A model generated the notes under the pieces. It saw only the letters and a program-made list of their open reading frames with translations. It was not told the origin of the DNA and ran no database searches. 64,000 nt of DNA from the human T2T-CHM13v2.0 reference genome, Homo sapiens. Location: NCBI RefSeq assembly GCF_009914755.1, contig NC_060933.1; one strand, 5' to 3'. The position numbers were made by a program, and so were the translations under genes. This document shows positions 29,175 through 43,116 of this stretch, one piece after another. Numbering within the stretch: the stretch's first letter is position 1; every line of letters starts with the position of its first letter.

Positions 29175-30018
29175 TTGTTATGGACTGATGTTTATGTCCC
29201 TGCAAAATGGATATGTTGAAATCCTAACCCCCAATGTGATATTAGGAGGTGGGCCCTTTGGAAGGTTATTATATCATGAGAGCCCTCATGAATGGAATTA
29301 GTACTCTTATAAAGGGGACCCTAGAGAGCCCCCTAGGTCTTTCTACAACAGGAGGTCAGCAATCTGCAAGCTGTAAGAGGGCTCTCACAGAATCCAATCA
29401 TGCTATACCCTATCCTCAGACTTCCAGCCTCCGAAACTGAGAAATAAGTGTATGTTATTTATAAGCTATATTAGGGTTATCCACAGAAACAGAACCAATG
29501 GGATATGTGGAGCCATGTATAAGAGGAGATATATTATGGGCCTTGACTCGTGCAAGAAATCCCATGAGATGCCACCTGCAAGTTGGAGACCCAGGAAAGC
29601 CAATGGTATAATTGAGTCCAAGTCTGAAGGACTGAGAACCAGAGCAGGGACCACTGCTGGTATAAATCCTGGATTACGAAGACCTGAGAACTAGGAGCTC
29701 CAGTGTCTGAGGGCAGGAGAAGATGGATGACACAGCTCAAGAAAAGAAGGAATTCCCCTTTCCTTTGCCTTTTTGTTCAAGTCCAGCCCTCAATGGATTG
29801 GATGATTCCTACCTATGTGGGTGAGGGTGAATCTTCTTTACTCAGTATGTAGATTAAAATGCAAATCTCTTCCAGAAACAACCTTACAGACACATCACAA
29901 AATAATATTTTACCAACTATCTGGGCATCCCTTAGCCCAGTCAAGTTGACACCCAAAATTAACCATCACATCAGTCACCCAGTTAATGGTATTTTGTTAT
30001 GGCAGCCTGAACTAAGAC
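29175..30018 (+). mobile_element. MaLR MLT1-type LTR with a nested antisense MLT2 (ERVL) LTR at ~29468-29970
   Basis: tgttatggactga...gaaatcctaacccccaatgtga; gtattttgttatggcagcctgaactaagaca end; nested tattagggtt...aaaattaaccatcaca. Confidence 0.8.
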
Positions 30019-30104
30019 ATGCGTTGAGTTATATTATCTTTAATTTGCAGGATCCCTTCCATCTATCTAACAGTAACCTCTAAAGTCACCTGAAGCAGCT
30101 ATTA

Positions 30105-31002
<898 letters not shown>

Positions 31003-33656
31003 TATTCCCTGCTTTCTCATCTTACATAAATGTACTGTGAGTACATTTATGGAGACTGTTGAAAAGCAAATTCAATTCAACATCCATTTGTCAAACATTG
31101 ATTAGGTTGAGCAACACACTGTGATTGGCCTGGGGAAAGCAGTATTGTTTGGATTCCTTACAGTCATGGCAGACCCACCTTATTAGTGCAATTAGGAGCC
31201 AGGTTTGAGAGAGACTATTAATAGAGGTAATATTGCACAGTTAGCCACCTTGAAGAGCTTGTCAAGAGCAGGTCTCCAAGTAGACACAGATGGAAATTGA
31301 TAGAGATTAAAATAAACCATGAGATGCTCTGACTTTTAGGGGTTTAAGCTGTTCAGGAAATCAGAGTTTAAACAACACATATTTTACTTAATGCTAGAAT
31401 TTTAGTGTCATTCCTCTGGATGTTATTTGCAATTTTCCCTTCCACCATCCTCAAACTCCCAGAGGAGGAAAGGGCCACTGCCTCTTTGGCCAAGCAGTCT
31501 GGCCTCCAGACACAGCAGGCAACTGGGTTTATCTTCCTGGCTACTGCTAGGAGACTCAAGCCTTCTTAACACCGCCAGTGCTCGTGTGGTTTCTACCAAC
31601 CCTACTTGGCCCAAAATGAAAAAAATGTACAGCACGGCCCATTCATTCACCTTTGAGAAAAGAAAGATTCAGGGCTTTAGGTGCCAAAGTAATAAGGATC
31701 TGGAGTGTGTAACATTTGCAGATTTTTGGCATTTTGGAGGATACCTTTCCTCCTTGTTCACAACAGTTCAGGTGGCTACCCAGAGAGGTCAGTGGGAACT
31801 TACCAAAAATCGGCCCTGATGACCACTCCTGCATCAGGTTCTCCAGTGGCCTTCCATTGTAAGTGTTATTAAATCTAAACACTTGAACATGGTCTATAAG
31901 GCCACAATCACCAGGCCTTTGCCTGGTGCTGGATTCCCACCTCCTTGCCTTCATCTCTGGGTGGCTGCTCCACTGAACTCTCCTTCTAGTCCTTGGCACT
32001 TCTAGAAGTCTTTCTCCCAGATCTTCATGTGGCTGTCTCCTCCTTGTCCCAATGATCTCCTTCCAGAGAGACCCTTCCTGGCCAACCTAGCTGAAATAGA
32101 TAGCCCCTGGCAACAAGTCATATCACCTATGTTAACTTTCTTCATGGCATTTGCCACTATCTAAAAGTTATCTTACTGTTCCTCTCCACTGGTATAAAGC
32201 TCCGAGAAAGCCAGGGCCTTTGCCTGTCTTCTTGACTGCTATGTCCTGGTACCTGCAGCAGGACTTTATGCGTGGTAAGCACTCTTTAAATAGGTGTGGA
32301 TAAGTGAATATACTAGGCAGAAATGAGGGCTAGGAGGGATTTGGTTGCAGCCCCATATCCTTTTGGCAAAGACAGTAGAATCATGTTTTTGTAACTAAGA
32401 TGAGTCAAGGTAGAAATTGTCATTCTCTCCTGTTAGATTCCAGTGATCTGTGACTTCATGTAAAGATTTCTTAAAATAATTCTAAAGGCACACATTTTTG
32501 ATGTAACAGTGCTTTTGAGCTTTAAGAATTTGAGGCCTCCATTCTAATTTCAGAACATATTAATGAAGATTTAAATATGCATTAAAAAGTACAAGCATTG
32601 CTTCAACCCAGCTATTTCTCAGAAATTCTCATTGATTTTATAACAGCTGTCTTCTAGCTTGAGCCTTCTAATTTCTTCAGCAAAAAACAACAACAACAAC
32701 AAAAAAAAAACAGATAAATACATCTAACTTAAAATTAAGACAAAAAGTATTAATTGGATTTTTAGTTTTGTGTGTTTTCCGTATTTAAAATGTGATGCTA
32801 TATGCCTTTTAGATGGCTTCCCTTCTTTTATGTTAAAGAATGAATTGTCAGAATCATGGAAAATTGTGGATGACACCATGACCCTTTCCTTGAGGCAAAA
32901 CTTGATTCTTGTTCTGTCACTCCTATTGAAATAAGTATTTAAGGTCACTATGCTCTTAGGAAAGCATATTCCTAACATATCATGCTGTTTTGAAGAATAT
33001 CTTTCCCTTGGACCTTTGTAGAACCTTTTTCCAAAGATTATTTTAAATATCATCCTCAAAAGTTGAGCTTTACCAAGGCTTCCCATAGTCCGTTCTTCTC
33101 TTCCACAGCTGCCTCTGATAACTTATGAAAGATGGGCTCAGGTGTCAGATGATCAGGGTTCTGCTTGCAGATTTGTCACTGATTTGCTCTGCAACATCTT
33201 GGATAAATCACTTTACGTCTCAGAGCTTCAGTTTCCCTGTCTCTACATTGGAGTCATGAAATGGGGAAAGGGGTAGGGAAGAGAGCACCATCTCTCCTGC
33301 TCTGTCATTCTCCAGCTTTGCCTTTGGCGGCCCTAGAAAGAACCATGTGGGTTTGCCTTGGCCTGGCTCCATCTCCGAGAACTCAGCTCTTAGGAACTGA
33401 AACTCAGAGGGGTGTGGGTGAGAGATTTTTCTCCCTGTTCTTAGCCGGAGTTTCTTTCAAAAATGCAGGCTTGACAACTAAGGGTTCCCTAGCATATCTG
33501 TAGCTTAGTAACTGGTCAAATGTGTAGAGCTTTTGGGGACTCACCTGTAGCATCTGAAGAGTTGAGATGAGTCCTGTGTGCTGACAGGATGTGATGGACA
33601 GGACACCAACATGGTGGAGTCAGTAAAGGGAGCACCTGCTTGCCACAGGGGTTTAC

Positions 33657-34590
33657 TGTAATCACCCAACAGGTCTTCCTTCTGGCTGCACAAAGCCAGG
33701 CCACTGAGACCGTGGCATTGCGGTAAAGAAAGAGTTTAATTGACGTGAGGCCAGCCACACCATGTGGGAGATGGAGTTAGTACTCAAATCAGTCTCCCCT
33801 AAGACTTGTAGGTTTGGGTTTTTCAAGGATTGTCTGGTGGGCAGGGGGGTAGAGAATGGGGAATGCTGATTGGTTTGGGATGCAGTTATAGAAGTGTGGA
33901 AAATGGTCCTCATGTGCTAAGTTAGCCTCTGGGTTGGGGAGCCACAAGACTGGTCGAGTCACCAACACTGGTGTGATATTGTGAAGTCCAGCACGCTAGA
34001 GTGTCAACATTCCAGGAAGATCACTAAAATGAACATTTGTTCTGCAAGAGAATTAATAAGTCCAGCATAGGGGTTACTGGTATATATTTTTATTTGCTGC
34101 CATTTTATCTGATGATTGACTGTTTTGTTCTATTTTTCTCCATTTTTATAATCACTACCCCCAATATAGTCGCTACTCCAGGTGGAGTCAGCTGGTCGTC
34201 AGAAATGCAGAAGTCTGAAAAGACATCTCAAGACACCAATCTTAGGTTCTACGATAGTAATATTGTCTACAGGAGTAACTGGGGAAGTCACAAATCTTGT
34301 AACATCAGGGAAAAATACCTGGTTATTGTTTCACTTACATACATCTTAGCAGAATTCAGGCCCCTCTCATAATCCTAACCTGTGGGCTTTCATTAGTTTT
34401 ACAAAGGTTGTTTAGTTTTGGGAAGGGCTATTATCATCCTTGCATGAAGGTTAAACTACAAACTAAATTTCTCCCAAAGTTAGCTTGACCTATTCCCAGG
34501 AATGACTAAGGACAGCTTGGCAGTCAGAAGCAAAATGGAGTCAACTATGTCAGATTTCTCTTACTGTCGTAATTTGCAAAGGCGGTTTTG
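33657..34590 (-). mobile_element. LTR8-like ERV1 solo LTR carrying a 190-bp foreign insert
   Basis: tgtaatcacccaacagg ... aatttgcaaaggcggtttt (antisense of LTR8-type start tgaaaccgcctttgcaaa). Confidence 0.75.
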
Positions 34591-36734
34591 CTACTTTCCT
34601 TGCAAATTAGTTGGGGACTTCAGCAGTTCTGCATAGACCAAGACCAAGAGTTTTCTAGTACTCTCATCAAGAAGTCACCTACTCTGGTCCCATTTTAAAT
34701 CCCCTGCATACTGTCTAGAAGAATATATAACAGATGCTAACAGGATCCAATTTGTTCATTGAAATATATCAAGTTTTCTCCAAATTTTCAAGACCATATT
34801 CATTTGCATTTAATTTTAAAATATCAATACACTGATGTCATGGTATATCATTTGAAGGCACAGGGAAGGATATTGTGAAGTCCAGCAGACTACCGTGTCA
34901 GCATTCCAGGGAGATCACCAAAATGAACATTTGTTCTCAAAGAGAATTAATAAGCCCAGCATAGGGGTTCACTGGTATATATTTTTATTTGCCACCATTG
35001 TATCTGATGATTGACTGTTCTGTTCTGTCTTTCTGCATTTTTGTAATCACAACCCCCAAACGCCTGAAGCTTTGGGTTTTTATGTAAACTGTAAAGTAGA
35101 ATTTATTTGGAACCAGTTCCCTGTCATAAAAGCTAATGAAAAATACAGAAGAGTGAAGAAAGAAACTAGAATCACCTATAATCTCATTGACCTTCAGGTA
35201 TCCAAGGTTGGAGAAGGAGCCAAGAAAAATCATGGACAGAGTTATTTTGGTGCCATTACATTCAGAATTATTTTTAACCTGTTGTGAGGCTCAGCTCTTT
35301 TGTAGTAGCTTCAGTAAATCCTAACCCATGATGCACACCGAGCCCCTGCCCGTTAGTGGTAATGTGCATGTCTTTCCATTTGGTTGAGGACACCTTGCTG
35401 TACTGGGCACTTGGTGCCAGAGGACTTTTTTTTTTAAGGGCCATTAAGGGATACATGGAGACCTGCATTCTCACACTGGCGCAGTGATTTTTGCTTCCTC
35501 TCTGAACCGGCCTTTGGTATTTCACAGGCTGAACCCTTCTCTTTTTAAGTGACCTGTCACCTCTCATGTAGTCAATGCTTTCTTACTGCCACCAAGTTGG
35601 CAAGTGTCATGCCATTCCTCTCCCCAGGGGAGAGAATTCTTAATCCAAATTTATTCCCATAGGATTTTCAGGACTTTTCCTGAGCCAAATTAGACCCTTT
35701 CTCTCAGTTATCTACTATCTCCTCCTTTCCCTGTATTGGCCAGTGCTAGACTGGAAGCTATAAATAGACAGCACCTTTTAATTCCTTTAAAGATTTGGAG
35801 TAGGTATTATTTCTCCCATTCTGCAGGTGAGGAACTAAGCCTCACAGGTAGGGAGTATGGTTTTTGGATTTCGCATTTAGTTAATGACAGGTGTATTTGT
35901 TTAGTGAATGTTGAATGTAGAGTTTTACCTTCTTTCATATATTGAAGATGCACATCTATGCAAGTCTGTGCATAATGTAATGGCACAAGGTAATGGCACC
36001 AATGGCATCCTATAAATTTTATTTAATAGCCTGTAGCATTGAACGTCTTCAAGCCTTTTAACTCTCAAAGCTAAAATAAGAAGATTGTGTAGTTACTAGT
36101 TAAAATAAAGGCAGTTTAAAGAGGTGGGGCTGGAGTAGGGCAAACTGAGAACAAAGATCTTCATTTTGCCCCATTTCTCTGGCCTATTTTTATTCACTAT
36201 GTAGTTGTGTGGCCCTCCCTTGAGCAGTAATCATCCAAGCCATCTATGCAAGTCTGTGCATAGATGTGCCTCTTCAATATGTTAAAAAAAACTATAGGAC
36301 TATGGGAGTTTAGTGAAAGTCAATCACATTTTGGTTTACAGCCCCTTTGCCCACTGAGCTGATCTCCTGGCTTGTGAATTCTGGCCTCTTCTTGAAAAGG
36401 TGCAGGAGCGCGTCAGATCAGCAACAGGTGGTCTAGCTGGCCCGGGGAGGACTTACGCAGAATTGAAGACAGCCTCCTGGGGGGAGGTGATGAGACCTGC
36501 CCGTGAAGGCTGTTAACCTGGCTGCTCCTACAGTAGGGGCCCCTTAGTGGACTTCCTTCTGCCAAGCAGTTAGGACCTACAGGTTAGTTTCCCTCTCCTT
36601 GGTTGTCTCTGTTTCTCGAGAAGGTAGGGCCCTTAGCTCCATCAGTCAAGTTGCAGATGCTCTACCTTTGGGCTAGTGGGTGTTGGTCTTCACTGCTCCT
36701 CGTCTTGGGTGACACTGGACAATCTTTTTTACTT

Positions 36735-37119
36735 TGTCAAAAGACAAAATGACATCAAATTTAAAGTTTTTAATTGGCTTTTCCTGTTCTAGAATCAGAC
36801 AACGTCAAGCAAAGGAAGTTGGCTTAATAGAAAGGGTAGAGGAAAGCAGAAATAGAACAAAAAGCATATTGGTTGTTTCAAAGTTAATTTTCCTTTTAAA
36901 GGTTAAAGCAGAGGGAACTTCCTTATGCTTGCTTAAACTGGCCTGTTTGGGGATTTGGTATTCTCTCTCTCTCTCCTGATTTCTCAGAAGGTCAGATAAA
37001 CAGCTTGGTTTCAGTGGTGTGTAACTTCAGCAAGGGTGATTCCATTTTGGTTTGGCCTGTTGAGTCTAGTGCAGGAGGTCAGTCCAAACCAATGGCCTCC
37101 TATAAATGTTATTTAATAG
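36735..37119. mobile_element. ERV1-type solo LTR (family uncertain)
   Basis: tgtcaaaagacaaaatgac ... ccaatggcctcctataaatgttatttaata. Confidence 0.6.
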
Positions 37120-38387
37120 CCTGTAGAGTTGAACGTCTTCAAGCCGTTTAACTCTCAAAGCTAAAATAAGAAGATTGTGTAGTTAGTAGTTAAAATAAAG
37201 GCAGTTTAAAGAGGTGAGGCTGGAGTAGGGCAAACTGAGAACAAAGATCTTCATTTTGCCCCATTTCTCTGGCTTATTTTTATTCACTGTGTAGTTGTGT
37301 GGTCCTCCCTTGAGCAGTAATCATCCAAGCCAGTTGTTAGAACGCGTTTCCCTAGCAAGCTCTGTCATCCTGAGAAAGCAGAGGGGTAAACAATAAAGAC
37401 TTAATTGTATCTCACCAACATTTTTGGGTCCCATTGGTGAGTAAGGCATCAATTTAAGTGCCTTTGGAAGCAATTTTGATTAAAATGATTTTTTTTAAGT
37501 TCTTAAACAGATTTCGGGATGATAGGAGATTCGGACATATTTTAAAACAAAACAAACTTATACAAGCAGAATTAAACAACCTGGATAAAAGTACCTGTAA
37601 TGTATTGTGCTAGTACAGGGGAAGGAGGGAACTGCGTAGGATGTTATAAAAGAAATGGTATTTTAGCCTTTTCTTAAAAGATGAGGATGCTTTGGGTAGG
37701 AAAGAGGGATCAGGAGAGTTCCAGGCCAAGGGAAGCATACGAAGGCTTGGAAATACGTGACCCCTGCTTACTGTGACTGTGTGTTTGGAACAGAGTTTTT
37801 AACAGCAGTAGATGTGGGGAGGAAAAATGAGGCTAGGGCCAGACCCTGGAGGCTATGCATGACCAAAGAATCTGGGCTTTATTCTATTTCATAGAAAGAG
37901 TTCAAAGCCTGAGCGTATTTGAAATGAGAGAATGAATGATGTGTCCCTCTGTTTAAGCAGAGAGAAGATACCATTTGCATTGAAAAAGATTAATTGAAGA
38001 GGTCAAAGAAAGGGCAGGGAAAACCCATAAGGGAGGCCATTTAAATGTGACCCTGTGAGAGAGGAGACCCGTCTGACAGCAGGGAGACCAGGGGGAAAAG
38101 ATTGCTTATGAACTATTTCAGAGGTAAACTATGTGATGACAAATAGGACTGCAGGGATGTGATAAGGGAAACTGATCATTTTAAAGATTTCCAGGAGAGA
38201 TAACTGGGAAATGATGCTACCTTTAGATGAGACGGACAGGATCCACAAAGAGAAATATTTGCTTGGTTGAAGGAAAAGTGATAAACTTGATTTGTGATGT
38301 TTGGTAGGACAGTGGAATTCCCAATTGGTGACTCCAAAAAGAAGCGCAGGCTAGAGAGATAATTTTTGAAGCCATATGCATTGAGGT

Positions 38388-39006
38388 TGTAGGGGCCAAG
38401 GGAGAACTTCCCCCTTTCCCCTCTGAAGGTTCGTTGAGAATCAACTGACAAAGGCAGATTAATAGGAGAAAAGACATACAAAATGTTAACAGGCATAGCA
38501 CGGGGAACTCACAGGAGGATGATTACCCAGTAACCTAGTGCAATACAGAATCGTACATACCCTTTTCATAGGGGAGCCGGGAGATGGGGGGGGATGTAGG
38601 CATTTCTTTTGAGGGAGCAGTCAATCATTAGAGGAAATGAATGGACAGAAGTTAACTTGGAAATGATTTTTTTCTTGAAATTTGAATGAGCCCAAGAGGC
38701 AGGTATTATCTTGTGAAGGAGTCTTCTCAGATGTGGTTGCATTCCTCAGTCTTCTTTTCTGAGATAATGAAATTTCAGGGAGGAGAGGGAAACAGTTGTG
38801 TTTCTGTTGGCGACCCCTGCGTACTGTGACTGTTAAACTTTCTTGGCCAGATGAGGAAATTCCAGAGCAAGTCCGTTCTTGTGTCCTGCGCTGGATGGGG
38901 GTGGGACAAGACCAGGTTAGAAGGACCTCGATTCTGAGGCAGCTTCTAAGGCCTCTAAGCATGTCAAGGCACCAGTCTTTGGGGTATCACTTTCTGAGTC
39001 CCGACA
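38388..39006 (-). mobile_element. ERV1 solo LTR inserted in an older L2-like fragment
   Basis: tgtaggggcc...tttctgagtcccgaca with 4-bp TSD aggt (38384-38387, 39007-39010). Confidence 0.8.
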
Positions 39007-39302
39007 AGGTCATGTTTGAAGCCATAGAGGCAAGTAGGATCCCCATGGCAGATTTTACACCCAGGAGGAGGGCTTAGATTCCTCTCAGGAGCCTCCCATC
39101 AGTAGTTAGGAGCTGCTCAGAAAGCACTCACCATATGGAGGATTGGAGTCTATGATCTAGGCTGCTCAGCAGGAGTCCACAAAAGAGCCCCGTCTCCAGG
39201 AACAGTAAAATTAACAGCCTTCCTGAATTATGGCTTATGTCCCCTCCAGGGGGGCAGTAGTGAAGTTCTCTAGCAGCGAGGCCTCCAGAGGTCATTAAGA
39301 GA

Positions 39303-39368
39303 CTCACCTGTTGCTGATCACAACTCATCTCACCTGTTGCTGATCACAACTCATCTCACCTGTTGCTG
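39303..39368. repeat. 26-bp tandem repeat, 2.5 perfect copies
   Basis: ctcacctgttgctgatcacaactcat x2 plus ctcacctgttgctg. Confidence 0.95.
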
Positions 39369-39532
39369 CTGAGGACATCCAGACTTAGTGGTGCCTGGTG
39401 TGTACTCAGAAAGGGTAATTGCCCACATTTGACTGCATATTCACAATCTGTGAATGAAAAAAAAGCCAAAAGAAAAGTTGGGGAATCTGCATTTAAGGAG
39501 AGAAAAATGTGGCTAGTAAACTTAGAGAAACG

Positions 39533-39829
39533 CGCTGGTTATGGTGGCTCATGCCTGTAATCCCAGCATTTTGGGAGGCCTAGGCGGACGGATCACTTGA
39601 GGTCAGGAGTTCGAAACCAGTCTGGCCAAAATGGTGAAACCCATCTCTACTAACAATACAAAAATTAGCCGGGCATGGTGGTGCATGTCTGTAGTCTCTC
39701 TGAGCTACTTGGGAGGCTGAGGCAAGAGAATCATCCAAACTCGGGAGGCGGAGGTTGCAGTGAGCCGAGACTGCAACACTGCACTTCAGCCTGGGTGACA
39801 GAGTGAAGACTCTTGTCTCAAAAAAAAAG
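39533..39829 (+). mobile_element. AluS-type element
   Basis: Dimeric Alu with A tail. Confidence 0.95.
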
Positions 39830-40544
39830 AGAGAGAAACCCAAACACTATAGAAAGGAGAGATATTTTAAGTAAGGAGCAATGGAGGAGAAAGTAAATAA
39901 AAGAGTTTAGACAAGACTAAGATGTGGGAATTAGAAAGCTTTTGGCAATTTTTTTAAAATTATTAATGTCCTTCTGGGTGCCAAGGAATTTTATTGTGTG
40001 GTCAGGCGGTAGAATCATCCGTAAAGGTGACCCTAGACACCTGACAGTAAAGGGGAGGTGAGGAATGGGTGAAGTAGGGAAGATGCAGAGAGTTTGATGC
40101 TAGAGTTTATCCTTTAGTACTTGAAGATTGACATTAAAATACCTAGAACAAATACATTTGGACTTAGTGTTCCATAAATGGATATATATCTAAGAGCAGT
40201 TTTCCCAGGGAACCCTATCTAAAAGTTGAATTCGTTCTCAACTGTTTTTACAGTATCTAGTTTCCCTCCCTCATTACTGTGCTATGTACTCTAGGGGAAT
40301 TGAGAAAAACGAAGGCATTATCTTTGTAAGAAGAAAAAATCAAGATGATCTGGCACACCTGGAGGGGTAGTGGAATGGGAGTTGATCACTGAACATGTAT
40401 GCAATGTGCATAGGCACAGGGGATTGGGAAAGACATCCCAGGCGAGAAGTAAGAGTAATCACAAAGGTGGGAATAAATATGGCATGCTACAGTGTGGCAT
40501 GGGCTTTGTGTTCCTATTATTTGCAGAATGTTCGCATAGCTGGG

Positions 40545-40865
40545 TGTCTTAGTCTGGGATGCTATACCAAAATACCATAGATTGGTTTATAAGCAGTTCT
40601 AGAAGCTGGGAAGTCCAAGATCAAGGCACCAGCAGATTCCATGTCTGGTGATTCTGTTTCCTGGTTCATAGACAGTGCCTTTTTGCTGTGTCCTCACATG
40701 GTAGAAGGGACATGGGAGCTCTTTGGGGTCTTTTTTAATAAGGGCACTATTCCCAATCATGACCTAATCACCTCCCAAAGGCCCCACCTCCTAATACCAT
40801 CACCTTGTGGGCTAGGATTTCAAGACAGGAATTCTGGGAGGACACAATCATTTAGTCCACAGCAA
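40545..40865 (-). mobile_element. MLT1A-type MaLR LTR
   Basis: tgtcttagtc...ctgggaagtccaagatcaagg...aaaggccccacctcctaataccatcacc. Confidence 0.8.
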
Positions 40866-40921
40866 TAAGAAATATGCGAAATCAGGATGGGTAGGATCAG
40901 ATCATAGAGATCTCTAGATTC

Positions 40922-41559
40922 TGTTACCGGATCCCACCACTTACTCAAAGTTAGCCTTTGGATCGGGGGTTTCCTAGGTATTGTGGCTTTGTGGTCACCG
41001 GAAAGATGTTGCTGAAAAGGGGTCCGGATCCAGATCCCAAGAGAGGGTTCTTGAATCTTGCACAAGAAAGAATTTGAGGCAAATCCATACAGTAAAGAGA
41101 AAGCAAGTTTATTAGGAAAGTAAAGGGATAAAGAATGGCTACTCCATAGGCAGAGCAGCTTCGAGGGCTGCTGCTTGCCCATTTTTGTGGTGGTTTTTTG
41201 ATGATATGCTAAATAAAGAGTGGATTTTTCATGCCTCCCCTTTTTAGACCACATAGGGTAACTTCCTGATGTTGCCATGGCATTTGTAAACTGTCATGGC
41301 TCTGGTGGGAGTGTAGCAGTGAGGGCCACCAGAGGTCACTCTCATCACCATCTTGGTTTTGGTGGGTTTTGGCTGGCTTCTGTACTGCAAGCTGTTTTAT
41401 CAGCAAGGTCTTTATGACCTGTATCTTGTGCTGACCTCCCATCTCATCCTGTGACTGACAATGCCTTAACTGTCTGAGAATGCAGCCCAGTAGGTTTCAG
41501 CTTTATTTTACATAGCCCCTATTCAAGATGGAGTTGCTCTGCTTCAAACATCTCTGACA
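40922..41559 (-). mobile_element. MER41-type ERV1 solo LTR
   Basis: Antisense start tgtcagagatgtttgaagcagagcaactccatcttgaataggggct; end ...ccggtaaca; near-TSD attc/gttc. Confidence 0.85.
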
Positions 41560-42065
41560 GTTCCATACAGGCAGGCTTGGAATTGATAGACTGAGGATAA
41601 TTTAAGAAACTGAGTAGTGCAGTAGCTCATGACAGAAGTGTTTAAGATCTGAGCAATAGGATACAGCTCATAACTATTTAGAAAAAGTACAGAATCGAGC
41701 TATTAAGTATTATTACAGGGAAAAAATGTACTGAGTGACCAAAAAAAAAAAAAAAAAAAGCAAGGTACTATGACCTTCTTTATGACCCCCATTCCAAAAA
41801 GATGGAAGAGCAGATGCCTTCTTAAATAATCAGAACCAGTGGTGCATTGGTCAACGAAAACATTCATTAGGGTGAGAAAATAATATGTCACTTATATGTA
41901 CATGTAATTTTTAATTAAAAGCATATATCTGTTTGCCACATCTTTCATTGTAAGGCTGAGATTGCCTCTTTGAGTAAACTGGCTAGAACACATAAATCAC
42001 ACATAATCTTTCTCACAGAAATAACACCTATAATGTTTCACTTAGGATTTCCAGTTTTGGTGTTC

Positions 42066-42497
42066 TGGGCGTGGTGGCTCACGCCTGTAATCCTAGCACT
42101 TTGGGAGGCCAAGGCGGGAGTATCAGCTGAGGTCAGGAGTTCGAGACCAGCCTGGCCAACACGGCAAAACCCTGTCTCTACTAAAAATACGAAAATTAGC
42201 GGGGCGTGGTGGGCGGGCACTTGTAATCCCAGCTACTTGGGAGGCTGAGGCAGGGAAAATTGCTTGAACCCGGGAGGCAGAGGTTGCAGTGAGCTGAGTT
42301 CGCACCATTGCACTCCAGCCTGGGTGACAGAGCCAGACTCCGTCTCAAAAAAAAAAAGTAGGGCCTCACCCAGGCTGTAGTGCAGTGGCATGATCACAGC
42401 TCATTGCAGCCTCCCTCAAACTCCTGGCCTTGAGTGATTCTTGCACCTCAGCCTCCCAGAGTGCTGGGATTACAGGTGTGAGCCACTATACCCAGCC
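42066..42497. mobile_element. Sense AluS (42066-42357) abutting an antisense Alu monomer (42366-42497)
   Basis: Both bodies directly recognisable. Confidence 0.9.
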
Positions 42498-42980
42498 ATG
42501 AATGAGAATCCTAATATTAACAAAGCATGCTGAGTTTACACTTGCCTCCCAGTTGTAACAGTCTAGCCCTCACCAAATTCAACAGCATTTCTGTTGCTGC
42601 TGCTGTTTTTAAAGAAACTCACCTTTTTGGAGTCTTGTATTGTTCATGCTCTTTATAGAACTAAGAACCCAATTTCTTCTCACAGTTACATTATATTCAT
42701 TTATGTAAGTACTATCTAATTGAATTAATGTAGCTCCAGTAATAAGTATAACTAACATCAACATGTTTGGGAACACAGCTGATCATTGGTATTTGAGCCA
42801 AATGGCAAGAGCAGAGTGGCCTAGACAAGGAAGGTCTGTGCAGTAGGCAGAGTCATAAGTAGTGGTCAGTTGAGTGAGCCTCTTAATTTCCTTCAGATTT
42901 ATTGACTATCAGTTGTATACCCTCTAAAATTTTCTCTAGATACTCCATTTCTGGAACACATTTTAGGAGATGTTTTCTTT

Positions 42981-43116
42981 TTTTTATTATTATTTTATTA
43001 TTATTATACTTTAAGTTTTAGGGTACATGTGCACAGTGTGCAGGTTTGTTACATATCTATACATGTGCCATGTTGGTGTGCTGCACCCATTAACTCGTCA
43101 TTTAGCATTAGGTATA
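42981..43116 (-). mobile_element. 5'-truncated young L1PA 3' end
   Basis: ttatactttaagttttagggtacatgtgcac...catttagcattaggtata; 16-bp TSD aggagatgttttcttt (42965-42980, 43117-43132); followed by a partial antisense Alu to ~43306. Confidence 0.92.
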
